A DNA stretch of 64,000 nt from the human T2T-CHM13v2.0 reference genome, Homo sapiens. A program made the position numbers and the translations under genes. The stretch is taken from assembly GCF_009914755.1 (NCBI RefSeq), contig NC_060926.1; one strand, written 5' to 3'. A model generated the notes under the pieces. That model had not been told where the DNA came from and searched no databases. It saw only the letters and a program-made list of their open reading frames with translations. Of this stretch, positions 26,621 to 41,884 are shown piece by piece; positions within the stretch are counted from its first letter, which is position 1; each line of letters opens with the position of its first letter.

Positions 26621-28064
26621 AAAATTTGTGAATTTTAAAAACAAAATAAAACCACAAAAACAAGATTGTTCTGGATACCAAAAGTTGGCTAATTAGACTT
26701 CCAGATTCATATACCATCTTGCAAATGCTTGTTTCGTAGGCTGTGAAATGCAAACCTGTTTAAATGTACACTAATAAGGACATCATCAAATATCTGATAA
26801 AGACCTGTGGTATTCAATACTACTATTGGAAAAAGGTAAAAAGCATAGTCCTGGGCTTTGAAGAGCTTTCAACCTGAGATAAAACACTATCTAGACCAAC
26901 GACACGTCTAAAGAAGTGTGTGTCAGTCACAAACACCAGACAATTCATGCATATTCATCACACTGATGAATGTTTAAGACGGGTAGTGAGAAAATGTACT
27001 TATTTCTTATCAATATTTTCAGACTAATAAGAAAAAAATTAGATTATATGTTAAACCAATTTATCACAAAAGTGTCAGTGATTTTTTAGGTGATTGAAAA
27101 AATATGCTTTTGCCTTTTTGTTTTGTTACAGCTTGTGGTAAAACATCGCAAAAATCACCCAAGGGGAATTAACCCTTCAAATTTTAAATTTTGTGTTGTT
27201 AGATTTAAAATTTTTTTCATAGCCTTAAAAGAGTTTTTATTGGTGAAATCTGCACAAATAAATTTGTTTCTTCTAAAGTTGCATGTTTTCAAAATGGTAA
27301 GTTTTGCGCACTGTAAGATATATGCCCAATCTTAAGAAAGCTGAACTATCTTTACTGGTGAATGTTTTAAATATACGTATGTTCAGGTGACCTGAAAAAA
27401 TATCTCACATTGTCCATAAAGGTATGTAAATGTCAAATACTCTGAAATATTTTCCAGAAAGAAACTGATGGTCTTAAAAAATCTTTATTTTGATCTTAAA
27501 AAAAATTCTTGAATCTCCTTCCCCTGGAAAATAATGGAATGCTCAGTTTATATGTTCTGACTATCAATCCTTTTTCCCCTGGAGCTCTTTTCCTTCCCAG
27601 ACAACATCTCAAACTCCTTTTATTATATCACTCTGCATATTTCAATTACCATAAAAAGTGTTATTTTGTTCAAAATGGCAAATTGTACACCCCTTTAAAA
27701 ATCACTTCTCATTAGAACTATAATCAAATCCCTTTTAAAAAAACATAAATTTCTTACTTCTGTGATTAACATATTTCTAACTTAATCAGAAATTCACTGA
27801 GTGGAGTAAGAAGTTTACTGTCATGTCATTAATCATCTGATATTAGAAAATCACTAATGAGTGTGAAATAGTTTCTGAAAAGTTGGCATGAGCCATTCTT
27901 TGCTTTTTTTTTAAATTCAAGGAACTCTTATTCTTATTGAAATAATTTCTAACATGAAGAGTCTTTAATGAATCTTACTATGATAGACTATTTTACTGCA
28001 ATATATAGACGAATCAGCCAATTTCACAAGAATGAAAGTCCCAAAAAGAAAAAGTGACTTATTC

Positions 28065-28510
28065 AGTATATGAGAGTTATTAGTTACAAGCAACAGAGGC
28101 TAAATAGGAAAAATTTATGCAAAAGAATATTGAACTGTTCTCTGGAAGAGTAGGATCCCAGATTTTGGGGTAAAAAGTCAGGAAAATACCTAAAATCATG
28201 TCACAAAACTGGTTCACTAGAAAACTACCGTCTCTCCTGTTGGGCATATGTTACATAGTTTCCAATGCCAATCCCAACCCCTGGACACTGGGCAGGTCCC
28301 ACTAGAATCACAGCCATTGCCATCTCTAGAAATTCAGTGCATGACAGCTGCTCCCATTCTCACTGAAATTGATTCTTTCTGGTCTCTGGTTCTTTGCATC
28401 TGCAGAGGATGATTCAAAATATGGGAAAGCAAAATCTGTCCCAGAATTGCAAGAAAAACCACAAAAATGGCTAGGCAGGTAATAATATAGAATTTTCCTG
28501 TTCTATAGTG
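28065..28510 (-). mobile_element. Ancient MLT1 (ERVL-MaLR) LTR
   Basis: 'tagttacaagcaacagaggctaaataggaaaaattta' resembles an antisense MLT1 3' end; subfamily uncertain. Confidence 0.45.
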
Positions 28511-29749
28511 AGTGGCAAGTTTTGTCTAATAATTTGGAAATTTCATGCAGTGCAATTCTACCCAGTATATTAATGCCTATAGAAAGGGGGTTAATACACC
28601 GGATAGAATTGCACAGTAAGAAATATTCTTTCTTTCTCTCCTCCCTCCTTTCCTCTCTGTCCTCTTCTCACCTCTCCTGTCCTCTCTTCTGTCTGTTCCC
28701 TTCCCCCGCTTACTCTCCTTCTCTGTATCTACTAATAAGTTGTAAGAATGAGGCATGCTATATAAAGAAATGTCTTGTGTTATTTCAAGTTCCTGACGAA
28801 ATTTGCAACGTTGATATCCAGAGGCTCCTGGAGCCCTGAATACACTCACAGCGCTATTTGATTGCCCTGATAACTACTCTCAGAGATGCTTTGTGAAACT
28901 AGAGAGGTAAAGATGTTTTAAACCTGAGAGACTCAGTATGAAACCTGGCCACAATACCAATAAAGAATACAAAAATGGGGGACTATACAGGATGAGAACA
29001 CTAAGTATGATGTGAAAACTCAGGGAAGGAAAGCAAATTCATGCAGGAGAATCACCTTCCTGAAATACAAAACATAGCGTTCCCTAGGAGAAGTCAGGAG
29101 GAAGGAAAACTACTATCCATACCAATGACCTTGATATTCCTGTAGGAATTTTCACTTCCTCTTGTAGTGTTATGTTTATTTAATTAAAGAAGGGATTTCC
29201 TTACAAGTCACAGGGCTAGCAAGCAAAGTAGAGACCTAAGTAGGCCCTGTCGTTTTGGTTTCTTCCTCACTCCTTCTCTCTGCCCTCTTTTGTCAATGCT
29301 GGGTTCAGCCCATGTATAATTCCTTAGGCCTTGAACTTGTGTCTCCATCCTCTTTTACCAGGTTAACTCCTACTTACCCATCACCTATCTACAGCAGACT
29401 TTACTAGCATACCCCATTCCTTATTCTGGGTGAATGGCCTACACAAGACTAACAGCAGTGGAATGTTTGCAGAAGTTGTGGAGGTGAAATGACAATGCAG
29501 TTCATTTTACTGTGTCCTCCAATTTGTCAAATCATGTCAGAACAATTTTTGCCAAAGCCATCCTAAGTTTTGCCAAGGCTTTGGTTGAGTGAGCACAGGA
29601 ATGCTGGCTGATGGACTGAAACACTAAAATAAGACAGTTTTGCCATTTGTCTGAGAAACAGAATATGTCGGTTCATCCAGAAACTAGCTTCAACGGATAA
29701 GCTAAATATCAAAAACTGTATAGAGAGAACAAAGCTGTAACAGCTTTCA

Positions 29750-30500
29750 AAATGGTACTAGCTTGGCAAAATGAGGACATGCATTTGCTTTTTCTCCAAC
29801 TCCAAATCTAAAAAAATTCTTTTTAAAAAATTAAAATGACAAAAAAATAGAAATCCAGACTGGATAACCCTAGAATATGGAAGACCACCTGACTTTATAT
29901 ATTTTTACATATCTTATCCCTCCCCCAAAATAATTCTACATGGGATTAGCACTAGGCACAAATAAAACGGCCCATGATACAGCTTCAGCAATACTAAGAG
30001 ATAGAGAAAGATTTAACATATTTAATAGTAAGTCTAGAATGGTAGGAACATGAATGCCATAGACAGTAGACACATATTATATGTACTGCAAAAGCAAAAA
30101 GATTGTATCTTTAAAAAGTCAAAAAGGGGATAGAACAAAGACAATAGAAAATGAGATAATTCAATACTGTATACATTGTTAAGTGGAATCAAAGGATGAT
30201 ATTTAGAACTAACAACCCAGATAGTAAATGGTGAAGGAAGAATAGAAGGGATTCAGGACACTTATAAAAGGCATCAATATGAAGGTAGCTGCTAGAACAG
30301 AAATACAAACATGACTAAATATCAAAAAGTAGAGAGAGAGAACAAAGAAGACACTCCACACAAAGAAAAATTAATATGAATAAAGAGAAATTATAAAATA
30401 AAATATTATGGTAGAGCTGGGACCAAATACTAGTCATATCAATAAGGATAAATGGGCTTACTTTCTCTACTAGAAGAAAATAATTTTCACATTTCTAAAA
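29750..30500 (+). mobile_element. Ancient L1M (inter-ORF/ORF2 start) fragment
   Basis: 'gaccaaatactagtcatatcaataaggataaatgggcttac' resembles the ORF2 N-terminus SINVNGLN region. Confidence 0.5.
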
Positions 30501-30735
30501 AGTTAAACTATCATCATTTATAATTGCAAAGTATTAGAAATGAATAACTGCCCAAATGTTGAAAAATTGTTGTTATAATAATAAAGTGTTATGCAACTGT
30601 GATCTCCAGATTGAGAAAAAAAATCTGTAAATTAACTGGCCTGCAGATCTCCAGGATATAATGCTTTTAAAAAGTTAAAAGAATATAGAAATAATTCTAT
30701 TTTTACGCAAATAAAATCAAAAATAAGGAAATATA

Positions 30736-31309
30736 TGTATTAGTTTTCAATGCTAAGAAAAAATACCACAAATTTAGTGGCTTATGCTTTTTTGTTTTTC
30801 TAATTTCTTATTTTCCATGGGTTGGGCATCTGGGCACAGCTAAACTGAATTCTCTGCTCAGGGTTTCACAGGACTTAAGTAGAGGTGTACTGTGGGCTGC
30901 ATTCCTTTCTGGAGCTTGAGATCCTCTTCTAAGTTCATGTGGTAGTTGGCTGAATTCCTTGTGGATGACAGACCGAGGCCCTTTCTTTCCTGCTGCTGTC
31001 AGCTGGGGCCATGCCCAGCACCTAAAGGTCTCCACAGTCCCTTGTCGAGTGACACTCTCACAGGTCTTCTCACAATGTGGGAGGTCCTTGCCTCAAAGCT
31101 AGCAGGAAAATCTCTCTCTCTCTCTCTTTCTCACTCTCACTCTTCAGTTTTATATAATGTAACATAACCAAGGGAGTGACTGTCCCTTCGTCTAGCCTAT
31201 GTTTATTGACTGAAAGCAAGTTAAAGATTCCTTCTGTACCTAAGGGGATGGGATTATATAGGGATATGACAGACTCATTGGGGGTCACCTTAGAATTCTG
31301 CCCATCCTA
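30736..31309 (-). mobile_element. MLT1E-like MaLR solo LTR
   Basis: 'tgtattagtttt...aaaataccacaaatttagtggctta' ... 'ggggtcaccttagaattctgcc'. Confidence 0.75.
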
Positions 31310-31340
31310 AAACATATCTCTTCTTAGTTCTGCTATGAAC

Positions 31341-31403
31341 CGCACGCACACGTGTGCATACACTCACACACACACACACCCACACACACACACACACACA
31401 CAC
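31341..31403 (+). repeat. (CA)n microsatellite, interrupted
   Basis: Seen directly. Confidence 0.9.
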
Positions 31404-31409
31404 GGAGAA

Positions 31410-33630
<2,221 letters not shown>

Positions 33631-34597
33631 GGCTAGAAAATAAGAGTGCCATCAGAGAAATGGAAATTTTAACAACCTTCTGCAGTATAGATTGATAAAG
33701 TAAATGTTATAAATACATTTGGATAAAGCAAACAAAACAACACAGCAACCTCTTAAAGGAAACCTCAGTCTAGTTCAGGCACAGGGGAATCTTCTGTCAC
33801 TGGAGGAATCTCTTCAGAAATACCAAGGTAAGACACCCTGGAAGGAAGAAGGCAGGCTGGGTGTTTCAGAAAGTGATTAATTAAGGAGCAGCTTTTGGAC
33901 CAGCTGGGTCATCAGCCCTTTCCCGTAACACATTTTTCCTCAGCATTGGAACTCAGAGGAGAACAGTGCAATGGGCAAAATGGCCAAATAAGTAGCACCA
34001 GTGTCCCGAGTTGCTATTTACTTTCAAAAGTGTGACTAGTCACCAAACCCAGGGAAAAAGCAACCAGAGAGCCATACACTGCAGCACAGACTGCACTCTT
34101 TGGAGACTGAATACAGCAACCAGCATCTAGATCCACACAAAAATTAGAAGGCGATCTCAAATAAAATGGTGAGCACCAAATCAAGACTAATCTAATATTT
34201 AATAAAAGAAAAAATACTTTGAAAAATGTACAAAATTCAGTAAACAGAAACTAAGACACTGACAAGTTGGTTTATTAGAGAAAAAAATATATGGCTTTCA
34301 AAGAACAGTATCCTTAAAGGGATAAAGAGGTATCTTCACTGTAAACAAGAATAAGTTGTTATAAAAAAAAGAATGAATTCAAGTTGGTAGAAATTACGAA
34401 TATATACATAAAAAATAGGTGCTGAATAGCTGAATCATAGACTAAATATTTTAATGTCATATTATTGATCAGGAAGGTGAAAGATAAGATTCTCCTGGAG
34501 TATGAAAAATGACTTAAAAAAGACAAACTTAAATGATAAGAAAAGTTAAGAATTCAGTATTAACTCATAAACCCCAGCAAATGTTAACAGAAGTTCC

Positions 34598-34990
34598 AGG
34601 AAGGTAAAATAAGAAAGAAGGTGGGGGGGGGGTGGGAGAGAGGGAGGGAGGAAGGAAGGAATGGAGGGAGGAAGGAAGGAAGGAAGGAAGGAAGGAAAGA
34701 AGGAAGGAAGGAAAAAGGAAAAATGTAAGTGGGATAGAAACTCTATATTATTTCAACTATGTTGTAGATTTGAAATCATTTCAAAATAAAATTTTACAAA
34801 AAGAGCTAAAAACAAGAGTGTCATCATAGAAATAGATATTTTAACAGCCTTCTGCAATATAGATTGATAAAGTAAATGTTGTAAGTAAACTATATTTGGA
34901 AAAAAACAAAACAACACAATAACCTCTTAAAGGAAACCTCCAGAAGGGAAAGGAAGGAAGGAAGGGTGGGAGGGAGGGAATAAGGAAAAA
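34598..34990 (+). repeat. GA-rich/(GGAA)n microsatellite split by duplication copy 2
   Basis: GGAA/GGAG runs at 34598-34720 (7 consecutive GGAA at 34670-34697) and 34941-34990. Confidence 0.9.
34719..34940 (+). repeat. Dispersed direct duplication, copy 2
   Basis: Diverged copy of 33539-33766. Confidence 0.9.
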
Positions 34991-35971
34991 GGGATTATTC
35001 AGATATGGAATTATTATGACAGAGAGAAATTTTCCAAAACTTTCAAAATATCAAAAGACCTAAATTTTCAGACTAAAAAGACCCACTAAATGTCAAGTAG
35101 TATACATTTTTAAAAAGGCCGTGCCTTGCAACATGCATGTGACATTTAAGAACACCAAAGATAATATAAATTTCTGATATTTGGCAGAATATTAAAAAAA
35201 TACAATTTGTGGGGACTTACCAGCAACACTAGATGCTAGAAGACTATGAAGTAACTTCTTCCAAAAAATATGATTTTTTTACCTGAGATTTTCAGTTATA
35301 CCTAATTGTGAGTTAACTGTGGGGGAAAAATAAAAGACTGTTGTACATTCAATAACTCAGTAAATGTACCATTCAAGAAATACTACTTGTAAAATATGTA
35401 GTTCTCAAGGATATACCACCATAAAATGGTGGAAAAAGTCAACAAGCAAAGAGAAGTTATACAATAAAAGAAACAATAGATTAATGAGCTAACAATATTA
35501 TAAATTATTTTCAATATAAGGAATGGTTGATGTATGATGTTAAAAATGTAATAACACTCTAAAATCAATTTTCAGATAATTTTAATGAGAAGTTCGATTA
35601 GGAGATTCCAGGGAAATGAGAAAAAAATCAATTCATCTTGTTTTATTTTTAGTTAATTTTAACTAAAGCTTTTATGTGATAAAATTCTGAAGGTAGCTGG
35701 AAGAATTGAAGAAACACAATATATAATTTTCATAACATTAAAGGTATAGGGGCAATGATGAGAAACAAAGTTAGCATAATCAATAGAGCACCAGAGTCCC
35801 TTACTTAGTGATCCACAGACCCCTGAGACAACAGCCTGGTAATGACGTATCTTTAAAATTAGCCATGTTATTTGCTCATTAGTTGGTGAATTTCATCTAT
35901 CCCATTGCCTTGGGGCATGCTGTCATGCCCTTCCTATGTGTTCCTAGAGAATCTTATTTTCCCCGGGTTTA

Positions 35972-36930
35972 TGATAGGGACAGGAGGCAGAGAAATTCTA
36001 GGCAGAAAAGAGCAGGTCCCTGGTGAAAGCCCCACCCTCAGGCCGAAAAGCCTGAAACCATGGCCCAAAGTGAGAACTTAACATTCCTCCTGTTCCTGCC
36101 TCAAAGTTGCCTTTTCCAAAACCACCCATGGCCCACCCCAGCCCCCATCCTGTGCCTATAACAGCTGGGCGAGAGAGGAGAAGCAGCTGGACATCGGAGG
36201 CTAAGGCTGGACATTGGAGAGAAGTGGCTCGACTTCAGAACGATAGCTTGATGGTGTAACTTCAGAGAAGAATCCAGCCAGAGACAGACAGACTGCAGGG
36301 GAAGATTACCTTCCCGCCCCATCCCCTTTTCAGGTCCCCTTCCCACTAAGAGCCACTTCTTTCATCAGCAATAAAATCCCCCACATTTACCATCCTTCAG
36401 TTGTTCATGTGACCTCACTTCTCCTGGATGCTGGACTAGAACTCGAAAACCATGAGTGAGGATGCAAAAGGCTGTCACACTGACCCTTTGCACTGGCTGG
36501 CGGAAGGCAGCCGACTCACGCAAAAATGCAGAGCATCCACTGAGCTATTAACACTTAAGCCATCCACAGCTAAAAGCACTGTAACACTCTTTCTGGGGCT
36601 TCAGGGGTCACAGGCATCCCCAGATGCTGCTACTTGTATCTGCATGGAGTTTGCTCCTGCGAGTGCCCAAAAACGCTCACCTTGGCTCCTGCACCTCTCA
36701 CCTGTGTGCTCCCTCCCACAAGGGGTTGGAGTGCAGTGGTCCCAGTGAGTGGAGTTCACCTCTGCCAGTGCCGAAGTGGCCAGCTAGTTCTAGCATGGGA
36801 ACCGTGCATTCCAGTTCCCTTGTTGTTTGCTTACGTGTTCCCTCCTGCGAGAATTTGAGGGCTGCGGGCTGAGTAAACGAGGCACCGCCTTCATGAGTCC
36901 GCCGAGGGGTCAGGAAAATATCCTGCTTCA
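35972..36930 (+). mobile_element. LTR1-family (LTR1D-like) ERV1 solo LTR, 959 bp, inserted in an L2 fragment
   Basis: 'tgatagggacaggaggcagagaaattctaggc' ... 'aaaatatcctgcttca'; perfect 4-bp TSD TTTA (35968-35971, 36931-36934); 'cctataa' ~36155, AATAAA 36370. Confidence 0.88.
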
Positions 36931-37445
36931 TTTATACTATTTACCATTCGACACTGGTTATTCTGTTTCCTCAGTAGACTGTAATCTTCATGAGGGGAAG
37001 GAGAGAGCCTGCTTACCAATCTTTTTCTTCAGTGGCCAGCCTTGTGCCTAGTAAAACTTTTTAAAGACGGAGAAATCAAAGTCATTCTATCTTAGAATCT
37101 GGCCAATGTGGATTGGAATAACAATTTTGAAACTTACTAACTGGATGACACTAACACAGCTGTGATTCACAGAAGGCATGTAAGAATTCTAGCTGCCACG
37201 ACATTATGACCACAATCTTATCCGATTTCAGCATCTTCTCTGATCCATGCCACTCCTATCTTTCCTGCTCTTCTCTGGGTGCGGGACCTCCCTTGCACCC
37301 TGCTCCCAATACCCTGCATCCTAATGGCCTTTTCTCTGACATTTTCCCTAGACTATTCAACTGTGACTTCAATGAGGGCTTCTCTCACTAGAAATAATTG
37401 CTAAAAGTTCTGATTTTGAGAGGATTCTTGTAATAATTAAAAAAT

Positions 37446-37980
37446 GTGTTTGCTTTTTGTCCTTGTGATAGTTTACAGAGAATGATGATTTCCAATTTCA
37501 TCCATGTCCCTACAAAGGACATGAACTCATCATTTTTTATGGCTGCATAGTATTCCATGGTGTGTATGTGCCACATTTTCTTAATCCAGTCTATCATTGT
37601 TGGACATTTGGGTTGGTTCCAAGTCTTTGCTATTGTGAATAGTGCTGCAATAAACATACGTGTGCAATGTGTCTTTATAGCAGCATGATTTATTTAACTA
37701 TCGCAAGGACAAAAAGCAAACACCGCATGTTGTCACTCATAGATGGGAATGGAACAATGAGAACACATGGACACAGGAAGTGGGACATAACACTCTGGGG
37801 ACTGTTGTTGGGTGGGGGTAGGGGGGAGGGATAACATTAGGAGATATACCTAATGCTAAATGACGAGTTAATGGGTGCAGCACACCAGCATGGCACATGT
37901 ATACATATGTAACTAACCTGCACATTGTGCACATGTACCCTAAAACTTAAAGTATAATAATAATTAAAAAATAAAAATAA
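37446..37980 (+). mobile_element. L1PA3-like 5'-truncated element with 5' inversion (twin priming)
   Basis: 37446-37693 antisense L1 ORF2 end; 37696-37980 sense 3'UTR and A tail; TSD remnant aaaatgtg on both flanks. Confidence 0.92.
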
Positions 37981-38379
37981 AATGTGATGATCAGTGATCA
38001 AGTTTAATACTCCATTTGACAACTGGAGTACAAGGAATTAGCAAAGGAAACAAATTTCAGCAGGTTATGCAAACAGGATTAGATGCAGTAGATACAGTAG
38101 TCTATGTTCATATCTTAGCCCAGCTCTATATACTAGGTACTAAATGCAATTCCTATTATCACTTTTATTATAAGTGTTCCTCATGTTTATCAACACACAG
38201 GTACTCTGATTCCCAGTCTAATTATCTTTCTACTTGAACATCCCCTGTACAATTTCACCCGCTGTACTTGTTACGTTAACATCACCTAGAGAGATCTAAA
38301 TTTTACCTATTCTTAAAGACCCAAATTAAACCTCCCTACCCCAAGGAGGAAATAGAAATAAAAACAAACAGAAAAGATT

Positions 38380-38560
38380 TTATTCATAAGATATTTACAT
38401 ATATCAGGCAGTCTTATAAGTACTTTACATATATTGTCATTAAATCTTCACAATAATTTTATTAAGTGGGGGTTTAATTATCATTACCAATTAAAATGAA
38501 AAATTGAAAGAGAATTTAAGTAATTCGCAAAATGGAAGCAAAGAAGTAGGAAGGCTATCT
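38380..38560 (-). mobile_element. MIR SINE
   Basis: 'gtactttacatatattgtcattaaatcttcacaataa' antisense MIR. Confidence 0.55.
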
Positions 38561-38761
38561 TGATTTACATAACAGCAACACCAAAAATAATTGTTTGGAG
38601 AGGGGAAGGCACCTCCTCAGATCTAGTTTATAATAGATACTTAGTAAATAGTTGTTGAATTAATAATTATGATAGAACAACATTATAAGTCATTTTAGTT
38701 ATGAGCCTGAGTAAAGGCATAATAAAGGAAGCTGTAGCTTGTAAAAAGGAATATTACTTAC

Positions 38762-38919
38762 CGTATGGAAGAAAAATTTGGGTTCAGCTAGGTTCCATAA
38801 CATACTCAGAGCCAGGTCATGCTCCTGAAGCTTGCCTATGAAGTCCCACAGAAGATTTCACAGTCATACTACGTATGAGCTGGATCATTCTGCACTGAGA
38901 CTATAGGTGTCTTCCAAAC
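38762..38919 (-). other. Candidate non-coding exon (158 nt) of a minus-strand transcript
   Basis: Strong donor 'ACG|gtaagt' (38756-38764); weaker acceptor 'tgccccag|G'; stops in all three frames. Confidence 0.2.
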
Positions 38920-41456
38920 CTGGGGCACCAATGGGCAGCCACTGTATTTGTCTGTTTCAGTGAGATTCGGAAAGCTTGTGATAGTCTATGAGTGTCTCTT
39001 CTATTTTGATTAGCCACAGACCTCTCTCAACTTCTTATTCCAGCCCCAAGATGTAATATTGAAAATCACTTTGATTTTTAGAAGCATGTTTAAAGATTCA
39101 AAAAAGTAGAAAAACAACTGGTTAAAAGAATATCAGAAAAATGAAATAAATTTTGGCACAGAATATAAAAACACTCATTTTATTGTGGTTCAAAAGTTAT
39201 CCCACAAAGAATCAGAAGAGAGGGTTTTTGATTTACCATATTGACCAGTTGTACCGTATAGTAAGGCCAGCTCAAATTGCCTTTCTGTGTAATAAGGCCC
39301 AGTTCTCCTCTAATAAACTTCTCATTTTTCCCCAATCAAAATCAATTTATCTTTACTTTGCATAGTGTTGGCTCTTTGCTTATTTTTTATGTTATAATAG
39401 TTTTTATTATCTCTTATTTTATACATATATGTTTGCATTTCTTTAACTTCTGAATACCAGAAAGTCGATCACATCATTTAAGAATTCACTGTTATTTCTC
39501 CTACACTACCTACACAAAATTATCAAGCTCCCACTACCATCCAAGACAAATTGTAGGTATTTAGTAAATGTATGATGTAAAATATCCTTAGAGAAACTTT
39601 GAAATCTCCATGCATCTCACACCAAAAAAATAGAGTTGTTTCCACAAAATTCACATTTTCCTGCTTCATAGCTGCAAATTACCAACTGCTTCATGCTTCC
39701 AAAAATTAATGGAGCTGATATTACCATGAAGTAACAGAAGAAAAAAGAGGAGAAAGGGGAGTAGGAAGATGACGGTAACAGGAATTGGAAAGTGCAAACC
39801 AAACAGGTGAAAACTGTGGTAATACTCAAGACAATGGCTAACCACCCGCAACCTCCTAGGCTTGCTTCCTGGGGTATGAGTTGTGAGAAAGGTAAAGAGT
39901 TGCCTTCACTATAAGCTCACCGTATAACTGAGGAACTGAAGAGATAGATAGCAGAGGAAAAAACACCACCACAACAATTTGAAGGAATTATATCAACACT
40001 AGAATTATGGCTGCGGTAGAATGGCATAGACACTTCTATCTGCAGAGGTCTGGGTCAGTTGCATTCTCTCTGCTTCAGTTTCTTGCTCAAAAACAATAGA
40101 CTTCAAAATATTCACCTTTCAAAACTCTTGAGAGGATAAAATGGAAAATATCGAGGAAAAGAACAATCACAGGAGTTCTGTGCTGCTTTCTTTCTCCAGC
40201 TTCCTTCTATGTCAGGGGTACATTTTTCCATAAGGCACTGATTCCTCAAAAGCCACAGACTCTGTTTCTTGGCCCTTACCTTATGTTTTTATTGATGCAC
40301 ACATGCCAAGAGTATCTTCAGTCATTATCGCTAAAAAATATTAAAATGGATAAACACTCACCTGACATGCCACATTTTTGGAGGGCTGTGGGGGACTCTA
40401 ATTTCTGTTTTCCTCTCAGTGAGACTCACTTATTCCTTGTCCCAAGAACCTTTCTGTGGGAGGCAAGAACTGCAGTAACTTCTGTCTGCATGTTGGCATG
40501 CTTGACTTTCAGCTTTTAGATCATTGATAAAAATCACGTTGTCTTTTCCCAGGAAGACTTTCTATTTTAACCTCCTGTCAAGAAAGTTCTCAGGGGCTCA
40601 TTTCTAGCCTCTTCAAAATGTTCACTCTGCAAGGCGGCAAATTTTTCTTTAAAATATTTCCTAATATGCCATGTTGTCTGCTCAGCCCGGGATGTGATAA
40701 CTCATTAAGAACTGCAGCTGGCAGTGCCACTGGGGGAAAACACAGCTACAGTCTCTGAATCCACGCAGAGAGAGCTCACAAGCCCATACCGGCAACTTTA
40801 TCACTCTCCTGGACCTTAACAACCAATCCCCCCCCTCACCTTCCTAATCAAATGTGCTATTATTTGGCCACTGCAAGTACTTATATTTTATTAACCTACC
40901 TGGGAGTGTCTTGCAAGACTGCTAATACTGTAATCCATTTTTTTTTTAATTGTGTGCCCAAGAGCTTTGAGCAATGGAGAGATTTTTTTTCCCCATTTGC
41001 TAAAGCAAATAAAATCACAGTGGGCCAGATTCCCCTAATGTCTACTAAACTCGCTAGAAAAATCTTACCTGGGGAGCCCTAGATTTATAGCATCATATTT
41101 ACCCAACATACTTTAAAGAATGATACTTTCCATCAGAGATACATGAATATTTTGTGTTCATCGGCACATCAATATATTTCATAAACTTGCGTTTAATAAG
41201 CCTTGGGGGTTTGCCATTCTAAGGACCATATTTTTTACATTGCTATTTACACTCACATATAAGGATGGATACACACACAGATAGTGCAGCTGCTGTGTTT
41301 AAAAAGACTTCCATCTCAGTAAGTGTCCTGTTTCATCATCAGCCGTGTAATACAAATCCAAGCTTTCCTTTGCTTTATGAAACTTACACACGTTAGAAAT
41401 CATGCTTGGCATCAAGACATTTTTCCTCCCAAGATACTGCCTGCTGCTTAGAGTAG

Positions 41457-41884
<428 letters not shown>

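Larger units (their letters stand above)
34150..35450 (+). mobile_element. Ancient L1M ORF1 region (interrupted)
   Basis: 'gaaattttccaaaact...cagactaaaaagacccactaaatg' and 'agcaacactagatgctagaagactatgaagtaac' (ATLDARRQWSN-like). Confidence 0.6.
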
